A stretch of DNA of 64,000 nt from Octopus vulgaris (lineage: Eukaryota): positions 37,572,001 to 37,636,000 of the forward strand of contig OX597814.1 of NCBI GenBank assembly GCA_951406725.2. Direction: 5' to 3'. The notes beneath the pieces are model-generated. The model made no database searches and was not told where the DNA came from. It saw only the letters and a list, made by a program, of their open reading frames with translations. Shown here one piece after another: positions 13,932-51,819 of the stretch; within the stretch, counting starts at the first letter, position 1; each line of letters begins with the position of its first letter. A program made the position numbers and the translations under genes.

Positions 13932-14560
13932 AATCGAAAACAAAGTAATTATAAAAAGTAACAGAAGTCGAAGTTTAATAATTTTTTTTTATATTTGAGC
14001 ATTTCTAGGTTAGGACATTTAATGGAAACATTCGGAGGAGAGATGGATATATTTTGCGCCATATTATGTATATTAATAACAACACTAAAATGATACATGT
14101 TTTTCATGAATAAGATGTTATTTAAATATATCACAATATCTAAAATTATGGAAATGGAATAGTGCCTAAGGTTAAAATACAATGATTAACTTGTATATGC
14201 AGTAAGATCAATCCCTCCGGTAAAACTATGTTCCATTTCCTTTTGGCAAGACTTTTCTGTAATTGCCGACATAAAACGATGATACAGTTCTATATTTAAC
14301 GATGATACAGCTCTATATTTAACGATGAGTAATAAACACTGTGTTAGAAATAATTATTATAAAGCTGGGTAAAATGAGAATACGTGAATTGATGTATATA
14401 TATATGAAACGAAAAATGTTACTATGAAAATATAAAGGGTAGAAAATTTAGAGAAATATTCTATCACTGGCCAGCATGCGTAATAAAGTCAAGAGACAGC
14501 ATATGTTTCATATAAATTAGTGTTCATTTTTGTGTTTAAAAATGCAGACTAATTTATATG

Positions 14561-14562
<2 letters not shown>

Positions 14563-14623
<61 letters not shown>

Positions 14624-14689
14624 CGTATATGCATATATATATATATATATGTATGTATCTATTTATTTATTTACATATATATGTATATA

Positions 14690-14725
<36 letters not shown>

Positions 14726-14800
14726 TATAAATGCATATGCCCACATGCCCACACACACATATTAATGCGTACGTGTGCATATGTGTGTGTGCGTATGCAT
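14563..14800 (+). repeat. Compound (TA)n/(TG)n microsatellite
   Basis: Seen directly in the sequence. Confidence 0.9.
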
Positions 14801-15980
14801 AAATGTATGGATATTTATAGGTACAGAGAGAAGTAGGCAGTCTGGAATGAAATATTGCTTTCCTTTTCTATTTAATCGATACCTTAATATTTACATTGCA
14901 CATGACAACGAAATAAGTAATGCCTTGCAGTGGATGAACTAGATATTAGGCACAAAAATATTATAAAAACCCCTCCTTGTAAATTATCTGTGTTAATCAA
15001 AACTATTTCATTTGGCTGAGTATTTTTGAATGAATTTAATATTACATTATTTTTCATGCAACATTAAATCCGGGGATGCTTATGTTGCAGAGAGCTCATC
15101 AGTTCAATGATGCTTTTGTTTAGCACCTGCTGCAATAAGATTTTATGGTTGCAGGAAAAGCAAATCACAAAATTTGATGGTTGCATTAGTAGTTACTCAT
15201 ACATGCATCACTACCGAATCATTGTAATTGAATATGAAATGAAGCACATTTTGAAATCATAGTTCTTGAAAATCTTATGTACATATGATGATGTAGAGAT
15301 TTTATAGAAAAGGATATAATTTAAAAGAGCAGATTTCACTTATTATATCTGGAGAAATAATTTCGTTCTTATGCTGGAAATTAAACTCGCATTTACATGT
15401 TACTAAGCAAGTGAGCTGAACATTTTATTGATATCTTACCATTAAAAATCATATTAGATATCTACCTCAGATATATACTGACGATTTAATATCAGGAATC
15501 AAAATCTTCCAATAAAATCACATTTACATTCAAATTCTATATTTTGACCAAAAAAACATGTAGATATATTTGAAAATAAATCATAACATATAAAGTAATT
15601 CTTGCAAATAACAACTTAAATACATATTTGAAATTCTTGAGGCATATAACTGCATATTTCTATACATTTATTTTTAAAATATATACGAAAGGACATGTAT
15701 AAAGATAGATCGAATAGAATTTGTTAAATCTATAATTTCTTTTGCAAAAATAAATCGTTTTGCCCTACTAAAATGTTTTTAAAATAGGAAAATAGTATAC
15801 AGCCGTAGTATAAATAATCTCCGTTTGATGCTTTTTAAATTCATACTGAAGTTGACCAAGACTGTGTAACTATCGAGTAATAAGATAGGTTATATATAGC
15901 CTATAATAGGTTATATATAACAAAACATGCGTTACTTACATTCATATTACTTATTGTGCTTTGTGCTTATTCTAAATTAG

Positions 15981-16044
<64 letters not shown>

Positions 16045-16076
16045 GGATGATGATTATGATGACGATGATGATGATA
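15981..16076 (+). repeat. (TAA)n followed by degenerate (TGA)n; left edge of the TAA island
   Basis: Seen directly in the sequence. Confidence 0.93.
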
Positions 16077-19000
16077 CGTGACAAGACGTACTTTTCATAG
16101 CTTCGGTAAAATCAGTAGCCAAAAAAGCATATTTCAACTCAAGCCAGCAGAAACTTTCCTTGTTTTTTGTCCCAGAACTTCTGAATTCTACTATTCTACT
16201 ATTTTACTACCATCGGAGGATAAATTTATACAAATTTATATACAACCTGCAGAAAGAAAAATAAACCAAAACTAAACCCAAGACTAGTTCTAAAACTAGT
16301 CCCGTGAGTACAATTCTTTTCTCTTGATCTGTATTAAACACACCGCTCGTTCTGATTTGTACTAAATACACTGAACTCTCCAACACACACTCAGATATAG
16401 CCACGCATTTCCGAATATATTGACACAAATTTTTCAACGGTGCATTCACTATTATACATCAAGTCACCAATAACTGACGTACAGTGTATAATACTGTCCC
16501 ACTCAATATGGCCAACAATATTCCAAAACACCACTGGGTTGAAAATGAAATCAGTTCATGATAAACGCTTGGTACACTCACCATAACGATTGTGTGAAAG
16601 CTAATATCTACAGTAAAATCGCTGAAAAATTAGCAAAACAATCCTTTTACAGATCTGTAAAACAGATCGAAAATAAAATAAAAGAGATCGTATGATCTGA
16701 TTTTCCACACGCAAATAGCAACACTAGAAGCCATGCTTGTCAATGAATTTAGTGCACCAAATGGCCAAACTCCAACAGGTCAGGAGTCAATTCAACGACT
16801 CAATAGCAAGCAAGAAACACCAACCACATTGATATCACTATCTGACCTAATTCATCCCAACACTACCTTGGCAAGCCAGGACTCACTATCACAACAACAA
16901 CAGATTTCCCCATCGTTCGTGCAGATCGCACAGACCGAAATAAAGGAGGGACAGCCATCTTTATCCATGACTCCTTTTCACTTTATGCCAAGGACATATT
17001 TTCCAATGTCTATTGTGAATCTATATCACTATTCAACAAGGCCAAAGACATAATCATTGTTAGTCTTTACAGCCCCCCCCCCAAGCACCTCTAAAGTGCT
17101 TTGAAGAGTGCCTTAACAAAATCAAGTCCTTCCTTCAAAAATACAACTCCGGAAACTTACTAGTGATGGGTGATTTTAACCTCCCTCATATAAACTGGCC
17201 CACAAATACTCTGAAGTTAGGCAAATGCTCTACATCAGATAAAGCAGCAGCAGAATTACTCTTTAATCTAATGGATAAATTCTAGTGCTCGTACCAACAA
17301 GACAGAGTAAAACGATCTTGGATCTAATATTAACTAACCACTATAGATTTGTTCACAGTATTTCATTTGAAAAACCTCTCCTCTCAGACCACGACATGGT
17401 ACTCTGCAATTTTAATTCCCCGACATATAAAAACCAAGCCAGCCAATCCCACTCCATGGCATTCATTTGACAACATAAACTTCCATAAAGCGGACTGGGG
17501 AGCAATCAGAAAGGATCTGTCTTTCATTGACTGGTCTTTTACTCTCAATTCCACTCAAATTGAGACCACATGGCAGCACTTTGAGAACATTGTCACCTAT
17601 GCATGCTCTAAACACGCTCCTACAAAATTTACTAACACAAACAGAAACCGGCTCCCTAAAAAGAAAAAAAAAATTCTCTTCAGGCGCATCAGAAGACTCA
17701 ATAAAAAATCAACCTATTAAAATATTCCCACATACAACATCCACATTCAACAAAAATGAAAAGGCTAGAGTTGGAAAAACTTCATCTGCAGACCGACATG
17801 AAAACCTCCATTAAAAATCAAAGAGCTGTGGAGGAACAGTGGGTAATCAAAAACATCAAAAAGAACACTAAAGTTGTTCTATTCTTATGCAAATAAACAT
17901 AGAACCACTTTCTCACCCATTGGGCCATTGATTGAGGATAATGGCATTTCTCAACACTATGATAAAGAAATGGCAGAAGTACTGCAGAAGCAATACTGCT
18001 CTGTCTTTAGTGTTCCCACTGATATTGACGTAAGAGAAGCGAGCGAAGTTGATTCGCATCATGAAATCTCAGACATCACCTTCACTACCTGTGACATCAT
18101 AGCAGCAATAAATACTATTCTGCTGTAGGCCCTGATAGATTCACCGCTAGTCTCCTGAAGGAATGTAGACACCAACTTGCAGTCCCCCTGGAGATATTCG
18201 TTAGACTCAGGTTATATACCGAATCAGTTTCTATCCCAGTCTGTTATCCCGGTTTTCAAACAAGGAAACAGATCCCTCGCAGTCAAATATCGCCCAACTT
18301 CACTCACCTCCCACATCATTACAAATATTTGAAAGAGTGTTAAGATCAAGGATAGATGACTTCCTGGAGATCCACAAACTCCTAAATGCAAATCAGCATG
18401 GCTTTCGCTGTGGCAGGGACTGTCTAACACAGCTCTTACACCACATTGAATATACACTCAAAGCCTTGGGAACAGATTCGAACTCTGACGTCATATATCT
18501 TGACTTCGGTAAAGCGTTCGACAGGGTAGACCATAACATCCTACACTCAAAATTGGCAAATGTTGGAATCCGTGGAGAACTTCTACACTGAATTAAGTAT
18601 TTCTGTCGAATAGAACACAACATGTTGTAGTTGTTGGAGTCCACTCAAGCCCAGCAAAAGTCACCAGCGGTGCCCCCCCCCCATGTGACTGTCTTGGGCC
18701 CGCTACTCTTTATAATTTACATAAACGAACTTTCCAGTGTCGTACATTACTGCAAAGTGAAAATATTTGCTGATTACACTAAGCTCCAGCAAATCGTCAA
18801 TGAAGAAGCAGACCGAACTCAACTCCAGTGTGATCTTTATGCTGTGAGTCAATCGGCAGACAGAAACAAAACGCAACTGAACGAGGGAAAATTTGAGCCG
18901 ATGCATTTTGGAAGAAATTCCTCACTAAAACAACCATACTCTCTTCCTTCAGGGGAACCGTTCACAGCCTCTAACAATATCAGAGACCTGGGTGTAATTG

Positions 19001-19738
19001 TTGATGACGATCTCAGTTGGAGTGCACACATCAACAATACGGTCGATATAGCTCGTAGGATGAGTTCCTGGATCTTAAGAACTTTCCGGTCCAGACAACA
19101 AGGTGTCATCATACCACTTTTCTCCTCCTTTGTACGGCCACACCTCGAATACTACTGCCCACTGTGGTCTCCCCATACAAGACAAAGCATCTCGAGAATT
19201 GAATCACCCCAGAGGGTATTCACTAAACGAATTGAAGGCATGGCTGCTCTCGATTATTGGGACCACCTTAAAGCCTTGAAATTCAACTCTCTCCAGCTTC
19301 GCCGTGAGCAGTACATCATTTGTACGATGTGAAGAATATACCACCAAATTTGCCCAAACGACCTGAACATTAGCTTCAAGATTTATCCAAGACTGGGACC
19401 ACGGGGCATACGTCCCCTGCCTAAGATCACAGCATACATGTACACTGCAACATAATTTCTTTTCCTCAACAGGACCTGCCCTATTTAACATTGTCCCGAA
19501 AGAAATCAAAGAGGAAAAGGATCCCATTAACTTTAAACGGTGTCTCGATAGATTTCTTGAAGGAATACCAGATAAGCCAACTATAATTGGATACAAATCA
19601 CCCAACAAAAACTCACTACTTGAATGGACCATAAACAAAACTTGACTTAAACAGGATTTAGTTAATCCTATCATGTGGTGCTATTAAGTTAGACATGTGC
19701 TGGTTCAATCTTTGGTCGAAACATATCTAAGTTTTATC

Positions 19739-19739
<1 letters not shown>
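16077..19739 (+). mobile_element. Decayed CR1-clade LINE (APE endonuclease + RT), near full length
   Basis: Motifs across frameshifts: RADRTDRNKGGTAIFI, LLVMGDFNLPHINW, LSDHDMV, YRPTSLTSHI, QHGFRCGRDCLTQLL, IYLDFGKAFDRVDH, VLGPLLFIIYINEL, FADYTKL (catalytic DD mutated), RDLGVIVD, VRPHLEY, WSP. The 5' boundary is approximate. Confidence 0.9.
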
Positions 19740-19808
<69 letters not shown>

Positions 19809-19814
19809 TATAAT

Positions 19815-19887
<73 letters not shown>

Positions 19888-19891
19888 TTAT

Positions 19892-19971
<80 letters not shown>

Positions 19972-19996
19972 TAATAATAATAATAATAATAATAAT
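19740..19996 (+). repeat. Impure (TAA)n
   Basis: Seen directly in the sequence. Confidence 0.95.
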
Positions 19997-20540
19997 GCCC
20001 TGATGCAGTGGCTCTTATGGCTTCTGATCTTAACTGAATGGAAGTGTTATCATGTACATTGTTTTGTCTTGGTATAAAAGATGGGCTAAAGCAAATATTC
20101 TGCTCAATACCACATATTTGCTTGTCAGTTGTTTGACCTTAACCACTTGAGCATGTCCCTTAGTGGCTGACGATATGTGCATCTCTGATCACGACCAGAA
20201 GTAGTGGGGGAGAATCATAGCCATGTGTTGAGAGGGATTCTTTGGGGTTTGAATAGTTCACCTCTGGAAACATGGGTAGTACTTTCAACATCCTTAAACA
20301 ACCCTTATTCAGGGACCGTTTGAGCGTGATGGGCTACTCAACCTGAAGAAAATTCTAACTGGGCCCCACCAGCAAGGTCATGTGCTGTTTATCTTGATAT
20401 GAGATCACCATGTCGCGCACATATGGTTGTGATGCATGTGCCTGGTGTACCTTTATCAGACGGGTAGTCATGATGGGTAAATTGGGCTTCGTATATTTTA
20501 CCCCAGTGTCACTTTGATGGCATGAATTGCTCTCTCACTC
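19997..20540. mobile_element. ~550-bp non-coding unit embedded in (TAA)n, copy 1; probable non-autonomous element
   Basis: Homologous end to end to 20935-21488 (gccctgatgcagt...ctctcactc). TAA on both sides; no ORF. Confidence 0.75.
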
Positions 20541-20934
<394 letters not shown>

Positions 20935-21488
20935 GCCCTGATGCAGTACCAGGCAGTGGCTCTCATGGCTTCTGATCTTAACTGATTGGAAGTGTTATCA
21001 TGTACATTGTTTTGTCTTGGTATAAAAGATGGGCTACAGCAGATATTCTGCTCAATACCACAGATTTGCTTGTCAGTTGTTTGACCTTAACCAGTTGAGC
21101 ATGTCCCTTAGTGGCTGACGATATGTGCATCTCTGATCACGAGCAGAAGTAGTGGGGGAGCATCATAGCCATGTGTTGAGAGGGATTCCTTGGGGTTTGA
21201 ATAATTCACCTCTGGAAACATGGGTGGTTTTTTCAACATCCTTAAACAACCCTTATTCAGGGACCGTTTGAGCGGGATGGGCTACTCAACCTGAAGGAAA
21301 TTCTAACAGGGCCCCACCTGCAAGGTCATGTGCTGTTTATCTTGATATGAGATCACCATGTCGCGCACATATGGTTGTGATGCATGTGCCTGGTGTACCC
21401 TTATCAGACGGGTAGTCATGATGGGTATATTGGGCTTCGTATATTTTACCCCAGTGTCACTTTGATGGCATGAACTGCTCTCTCACTC
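20935..21488. mobile_element. ~550-bp non-coding unit embedded in (TAA)n, copy 2
   Basis: Same ends as copy 1. Differs by scattered substitutions and a 10-bp indel near the left end. Confidence 0.75.
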
Positions 21489-44724
<23,236 letters not shown>

Positions 44725-44816
<92 letters not shown>

Positions 44817-44843
44817 TGATACTAATAATAATAGTAATAATAA
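44725..44843 (+). repeat. (TAA)n tail of family B, degenerating distally
   Basis: Seen directly in the sequence. Confidence 0.93.
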
Positions 44844-44894
44844 ATATAGCAATGATGATAAACCAGGTATATGACATATGTTATAACACCATCT

Positions 44895-45060
44895 GAATGA
44901 GGAGGAAAAACGCAAAGCAAATCCTCGACCCGCACCGAGCATCCTCTGCAAATTATGCTCACGACTTAAACCACCGACTTGAACTCCAAAATCACATACG
45001 GCATAAAAATCAGCCTAGGAGTAAGGGTAGAATAGTCGGATACCAGCTGGGGCCTGACGA
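44895..45060 (+). mobile_element. Probable RTE-clade LINE 3' fragment
   Basis: Translates EEKRKANPRPAPSILCKLCSR…LQNHIRH, a C2H2-like C-terminus typical of RTE elements, then a short UTR. Confidence 0.5.
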
Positions 45061-45508
<448 letters not shown>

Positions 45509-45855
45509 CGTACTTCTCAATCTAACCTGTCCAGCTTCTAACGCTGGAGATGTATTACAGTGTGAGCTGTTCACTACCAGTGCTGTTTTCTGCATATTCT
45601 CCAACCTTATTGCAGCCCCTATTTGTTTCACGCACTTCTCGAGATTTTTGCTCACTGCTCCCAGGTACTACTGCTACTGATATCCTCGAACACAACTGCT
45701 TAACGTCCCAAGCTAACTTGTCATATCTCTCGACTTTTCTTTCTTCCTTATCGCATACCTTGTTGTCAGCTGGGCATGCTATATCTATGATTCAGCATAG
45801 TTTGTTTTCTTTCTCAATTAAAACTATGCCCCGCTTCCTATTATCAATCTCACGT
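45509..45855 (-). mobile_element. Inverted RLE-domain fragment of a further R4/Dong-type family (C)
   Basis: Minus strand reads REIDNRKRGIVLIEKENKLC*IIDIACPADNKVCDKEERKVERYDKLAWDVKQL…LGAVSKNLEK…MQKTAL. Confidence 0.8.
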
Positions 45856-45895
45856 TACTACTCCTCCACCTCCTCCTCCTCCTACTACTACTACG

Positions 45896-45932
<37 letters not shown>

Positions 45933-45958
45933 TTATTATTATTACTACTACTACTACT
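45856..45958 (+). repeat. Compound (TCC)n/(TAC)n/(TAT)n microsatellite; right edge of the island
   Basis: Seen directly in the sequence. Confidence 0.9.
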
Positions 45959-48514
45959 CTTGTCCCAGAAAGGGATGAAAGGCACTGTCTTAGTGATGAC
46001 ATTAGAGAGGATTTCGAACAGAATATGGGGTATATTTTACCTGAAAATAGGAATAATGCAGTCTCTAGTAGGGATATAATTTCCTAATAGAGAACTGATT
46101 AAAGAAATTGAAAATGAAAGCAACACATATCAACACATTCAACGTTATCAACAAGACGGAAAGGAAAGAAAAATTGAGCAAAGACGTCGTATGAGAAAAC
46201 CCTGAAATAGTCACCAAGTATCTCTCCTTTATTGCAGAATGAAGCTTCTTAGTCCTCACGAGAGTTTTCAACGAGTTTTGGCAAACGACAATTTCTGGTG
46301 TCAAGTCATTTTGCCAATCAAATAGAAGTGGTGTCGTAAGAGAATTCAAATTGGATCAAGTATTGACACCCTTGGGTTAGGGAAGGTAGAGACTGCCCAC
46401 AACAGCTTATGCACCAGCATCTTATTGCAATTCAGCAGTTTGCGTATTTTTCTGTCAATGTCTTTACTTCACTGATATTCCAGTTAAACACATCGTAACT
46501 ATATGTAACAATAGGAAATGCTAAGAAATTTATGGCTAGTACTTGCTTATATGTATTTAGCTCAGATTTCAAGACTTTTCGAAACCGTCCTATAACACTA
46601 TTTCTTGATCTATTTCATGCTTTTATGCTAAATAACAAAACCTTCACAAAGTCAATGTCAGCGGTTTTTGTAATGTAAACGAATTGCTGAAAAGTATTTT
46701 CTCCGGCTCACAATAGACCTGACGAGCTAACCAGACACAACGATATAATGACACACAGGATGTGAGGTTTGCTATGAAACAGTGCTTAAAACAGTGCGCG
46801 CCTGAAACTTTTCAAACCGCATTCTAGAGACAGACGCAACAATGGTACAAATCCAAAGCTAGTTTTGTGTAGGTGGTGAGAACACGAAAAGCAGTTACTT
46901 GAGTAATTTTGTATGTTAGCAATGATTTGTGTTCAAATGCAACGCCGTTTGTTTGGTTTAATGAAAAACTGTTTCGAAAGACAGCTTTTTAATGTCAGAG
47001 ACGAATTAAAAGTAACTGTGAAGATGCGGTACAAGAGCGTACACCTGAATTGCCACTAGAGAAGTGGAGGGTTCCTTTCAAACTTGGCGCAAATGAACTG
47101 TTTGTAAATAAGTTGTAGTGCATATCTATATAGGAAGACCTACCTTCCATCAAATCCATTTGAATAACCTATTTCAGTGAATGGAAAATAATTATAGCAA
47201 ATTTTTGCATTACTGTCAGGACCACGCCTATATATAATTACATTTTATTATAGATTATTATGCCGAAAGACAATTACACTTTCAAATAACTTTCGAAACT
47301 TTTCCAGTATATCGGCATAAAAGTAAGAAGCGTTTCACGCTAGTCATAGTCACATTAGTAGTTTGTACAATTTTAACTCATTTAATTATATCTTGTCTAC
47401 ACAATCAAAATCTAGTGAAGCATTTCTAAATATATAGATGACAGCGGTTCTCTCAAAATTTTACTAAGTATTTCTTGTATTGGGTTTATGTCAATGCGAT
47501 TCAGAAGATGACATATGTCAGCTATTTTAGTTCCCAAAAACATGATTAATTCTTAATGAGGCATGAGGGGAAGGTTTATTAACTGGACTAAATTCTCTTT
47601 AGACTGTCTACCACAATATGTGATGCACTGGCATTGCCATGTTCCGTAACTAATCTCATCTATCATGTTTTATCTAAACCCTGACAAAAGTTTTCCTATA
47701 TTTGATTAACGGACATAACATTCCCAATTTAATACACTTCAATTATGATTATATAAACATATTGAATTGAAAATTAATCATGCAATACACAGCAGTTAAC
47801 GAAATTCCAATAAAATCAAAATATCGTCTTACTCTTATCGATACATTTTTTCTGATAAAGGATAATACTGAAATGCATCCACATCGGTTTCATTCTTTTA
47901 CATAACATACACAGTGTATTAAAGAATTATCATTAGAAAATAAATATATGTTCAAACATAATGCAAAACCCCTATAAAACATAACTGACTTTCATACTTT
48001 TAATAGGGTAAAAAAAAGCTTACTTTTCTTAGAGGTTGTTTTAGTACAGCGATGGGATAAAAGAGATAAAATGAAAGCCTGGATTTGTAGTTTTTAAATA
48101 TACACATAAACCGGATGTCCTACGGGGTTAAAAATGATAGAGTCAGAATTGTATGATGTCACTAGCCTCAACAAAGTAGATGGTAGGAATAACTGCCGTT
48201 TTAAGAAAGATATATCATTAATAGAGAGTCAGTGCAGTATCCATGACACGGTGTACCAAACTTACATTTATTGTAAAAGTGTATTGCTTGAAAGATTTGA
48301 ATATACTACTCGCCGTTTCTCAAAGATCGCTGTGCGTAAATATATGCTTTAAATTTGAAAGTGCGAACGACATCATCTACCGCTAAGTAACCAACGTTAG
48401 CTTCATCGCTCACAAGCTTCATTATTCTAATTCAACCGGTAAGTGAGATGTGATTATATGAGTGAAAGTATCTATATGTATATATGTAAAGATGCATAAA
48501 TACATACATAGAGC

Positions 48515-48519
<5 letters not shown>

Positions 48520-48585
<66 letters not shown>

Positions 48586-48631
48586 GGATAGATATATAGA
48601 TATATATGTATATATACAAACATGTATACAT

Positions 48632-48708
<77 letters not shown>
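48520..48708 (+). repeat. (TA)n/(GATA)n/(CATA)n compound microsatellite
   Basis: Seen directly in the sequence. Confidence 0.9.
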
Positions 48709-48711
<3 letters not shown>

Positions 48712-48714
48712 AAA

Positions 48715-48793
48715 GAGCACTCCATCGGTCATAGCGAGGAGGGTCCCAGCTGATACGATCAACAGAACAGCTTCGTCGGGAAATTAACGTGTA
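48715..48793 (-). mobile_element. Decayed 3' tail of the OR-type SINE
   Basis: Similar to the reverse complement of 3799-3878. Confidence 0.6.
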
Positions 48794-49094
48794 CAGGATG
48801 AAGTGAGATGGGACCAGGAAACAGGATTGGAAAGAGGCCCAAATGAGGGAAGCGAAAAGTGAAGAATGGAATACAGTAAGCGGGAGAAAAAGAAAAACAC
48901 TCTGTCTATTGATGCCAACCGCCATACTACACCAACTCGACTCCCACCCTGTCCCGCTCTGGCCCACCCTCCCCTACAGACTCCAACTCTCCCCTTACCT
49001 CACCAGACACTAATAATATATCTGCAAACACATATGAGACATATTTCCTACGTTATGTAATTATAAAAATTTATTTCGTGGTGTGCTTTAAATT

Positions 49095-49364
49095 AGGCTT
49101 TGGAACAGATCATTGCCTAGATGTGTCACAATGCGTTCGCATTGTTTTACCCTTCGAATGACGCCACCTCACTGGCTAAGCGTGCAGGCCAACAGAAGAA
49201 AGAGTGGGAGAAAGAGTGGTGAAAGTGTACAGCAGGGATCACCACCCCGTGCCGGAGCCTCGTGGAAATTTTAGGTGCTTTCGCTCAATAAACACTCACA
49301 ACGCCTGGTCTGGGAATCGAAACCGCGATTCTACGACTGCGAGTCCGCTGCCCTAACCACTGGG
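49095..49364 (-). mobile_element. tRNA-derived SINE with the same head and core as 3496 but a different 3' tail
   Basis: Minus strand cccagtggttagggcagcggactcgcagtcgtagaatcgcggtttcgattcccagacc…gatccctgctgtac, then diverges. Confidence 0.85.
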
Positions 49365-49376
49365 TTGTATACATAC

Positions 49377-49650
49377 AAAATTCAGGTTAGTTACAATATG
49401 TTTCAATCAGATTTCAACTGCTAAAAAGCAAATGCTCTATTAGATACATCTCACTGGCAAGAGTCCATAAACTCGAAACATGAATGTCTCAGATCCCTGA
49501 TAGACAGTGACACTGAACACACTGGCTGTATTCACACCTTTAGCCATAAGAAATATAATTTCTCGATGGTAACTGCAGTCTATTTGCTTTTTAGTAGTTG
49601 AAATATGTTATAAATATGTTATAAATATTTTTCAACTAACGTAAATTTTT
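49377..49650. mobile_element. MITE-like element with ~60-bp imperfect inverted arms
   Basis: atttcaactgctaaaaagcaaat pairs with atttgctttttagtagttgaaat; aaaattcaggttagtt pairs with aactaacgtaaatttt. Confidence 0.55.
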
Positions 49651-51073
49651 CTTATCCCTAAACATTGCTTAGCGCGAATATTTCGACATTTTCATCGGTC
49701 GAGTGACCTACTATGGCACATCAGTCAATAGTATTGAGTGAATTTTACAGAAAGGTATTGCTTTATATGTTACCTCTCTTCTGTACATCCCATTAACAAG
49801 AGTCAATAAGCTCGAAACATCGATGTCTGGAATTCCTGAGTCCTTGCGACACGGAATAAACCTGTTGTTTTCACTCCTTTTATTATACCTAAACACCAAC
49901 CCAGGGGCTACGTTTGGCACCCTTCTGGTTTGGCATGTGTTTTGGGGCTGGATGCTCCTCGTAACGCCAACACTTTACAACTGGGACTCAATATTTACGG
50001 CTGGATTTTTATATTTTTATGATTGTCTAAATTTTGGTGCAAGTAGACTGGGAAACTGGGGCCGACCAAAATTAATTTCCAACTGGTCCCCGCACTTCCT
50101 AAGGCCGGCTCTTCATACATACACATATATATGCTCACATACATACTTTCGCATTATTGTTTTGATTTTTAGTTTTCGTCTGTTACCATTGCGGCATAAC
50201 TATTGAATGAGTATTGTGTATGTATGTCTGTGTATCTGTGCGCGCACGTAGATGTCCGTATGTGCATATGTGTGTGTGAGCAAGTGAAGAGAGATAGTGA
50301 AAGAAAGAGAGCGATAGTGAAAGAAAGAAAGTGATAGTGATAGAAAGTGTGAGATGGGAAGAGGGAGGACAGAAAGTGTGAAAGAGAGAGTCATCATGAG
50401 GATAAGTTAAGTGTATAAACAGTTTTTTGCGTGGTGTGAGTGTGTGTTTGATTGAGCATATGTATATGTATATATGTATATGCGTAAGAGAGAGTGAGAG
50501 AGAAACATTATTTTCTATAGTAATAATCCTTCACACAATGTCCCATTTCTCCCTCCCTCTTATCAGTTACCATCCCTCTACCACATCACACATATATTCT
50601 ACTTCCTTCATTTTACTTCATCTTACTCTTCATTGCCCAACCGGTCATTACAATTTTATGAGATAGAAAATACTCAATTAATACGAAACTTTAACCTAAA
50701 CACAAATTGCACCCAATGCATACAAACGCGAAAAAAATGGGCTTCATTTAAGTTTCCGGTTGGATTATGAAAAGAAACTAATATTAATGAATTACCTAAT
50801 ATTAATAATGAGGTAAAAATGTGTACTGAAAATTTATATTTTTCTCTGCAAATTCGTTTTTCTTCGTAAGTGTGCAACCGTATAGTTTAAAATACATTAT
50901 GGAAATATAATATTAGACACAAAATATATAAACGCAAACATCATATTATTTACCTTTAGAAAAGCATGGTTTATTCCGTACGAAAGAGTAAAAGAGATCT
51001 ATTAAATTATAAACTATAAAGTAAATATATTTAATTAGTTCAATATCTTTTCGTTTCATATAGACACACACGT

Positions 51074-51075
<2 letters not shown>

Positions 51076-51153
<78 letters not shown>

Positions 51154-51310
51154 GCATGTGTGTATGTATATGTGTATATTTATATATACATGAGTATATA
51201 TATTTACATGTATGTATCTATCTATCTATATACTATATATATATATATACACACATATATATATATATATATAGATAGATATGTATATATGTTCATATAC
51301 ATACATATAC
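51076..51310 (+). repeat. (TA)n-rich compound microsatellite
   Basis: Seen directly in the sequence. Confidence 0.9.
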
Positions 51311-51611
51311 ACTAACACATGCCTAAATGGCATATTAAGTTAGCAGAATGACGTTATTTAAATAATCGCATTGCAGTTTATTTCTTATTTTTAGTTCTTT
51401 ATTTGAATAAATTTATTAAATTAATACAAATTATTTCGTAATGTGCTACACAATAATACATCGTATATACGTTTCCCTGAAATGTAAAAAATATATATGT
51501 AATTGTTTGTGCAATCAACATAGCCCGATACTGCATTTGAATGCAAACACAATGACTCACGTATGCATGTATGTATGTATACTTGTATCAAATTATCTAT
51601 GTATGTAAGTA

Positions 51612-51621
51612 TCTACCTATC

Positions 51622-51691
<70 letters not shown>

Positions 51692-51705
51692 ATCTATCTA
51701 TCTAT
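51612..51705 (+). repeat. (TCTA)n microsatellite
   Basis: Seen directly in the sequence. Confidence 0.93.
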
Positions 51706-51819
51706 TTACCTGTTTATCTGGCTGTCTATCTTTTGATATACAAACATTTGTGTGCATACAATTCTGCCTATATATAATTAATTCAGATGTGTAATGACGT
51801 AAGGATTTGGTAAGATGCT

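Noticed and set aside
11500-15980. Possible host exons in long AT-rich unique stretches (also 46.0-48.4 kb)
   Set aside because: No protein-like ORF or recognisable motif. Small exons cannot be excluded without RNA data.
46717-46785. CTGACGA…GAAAC hammerhead-like spacing
   Set aside because: No convincing stems I-III.
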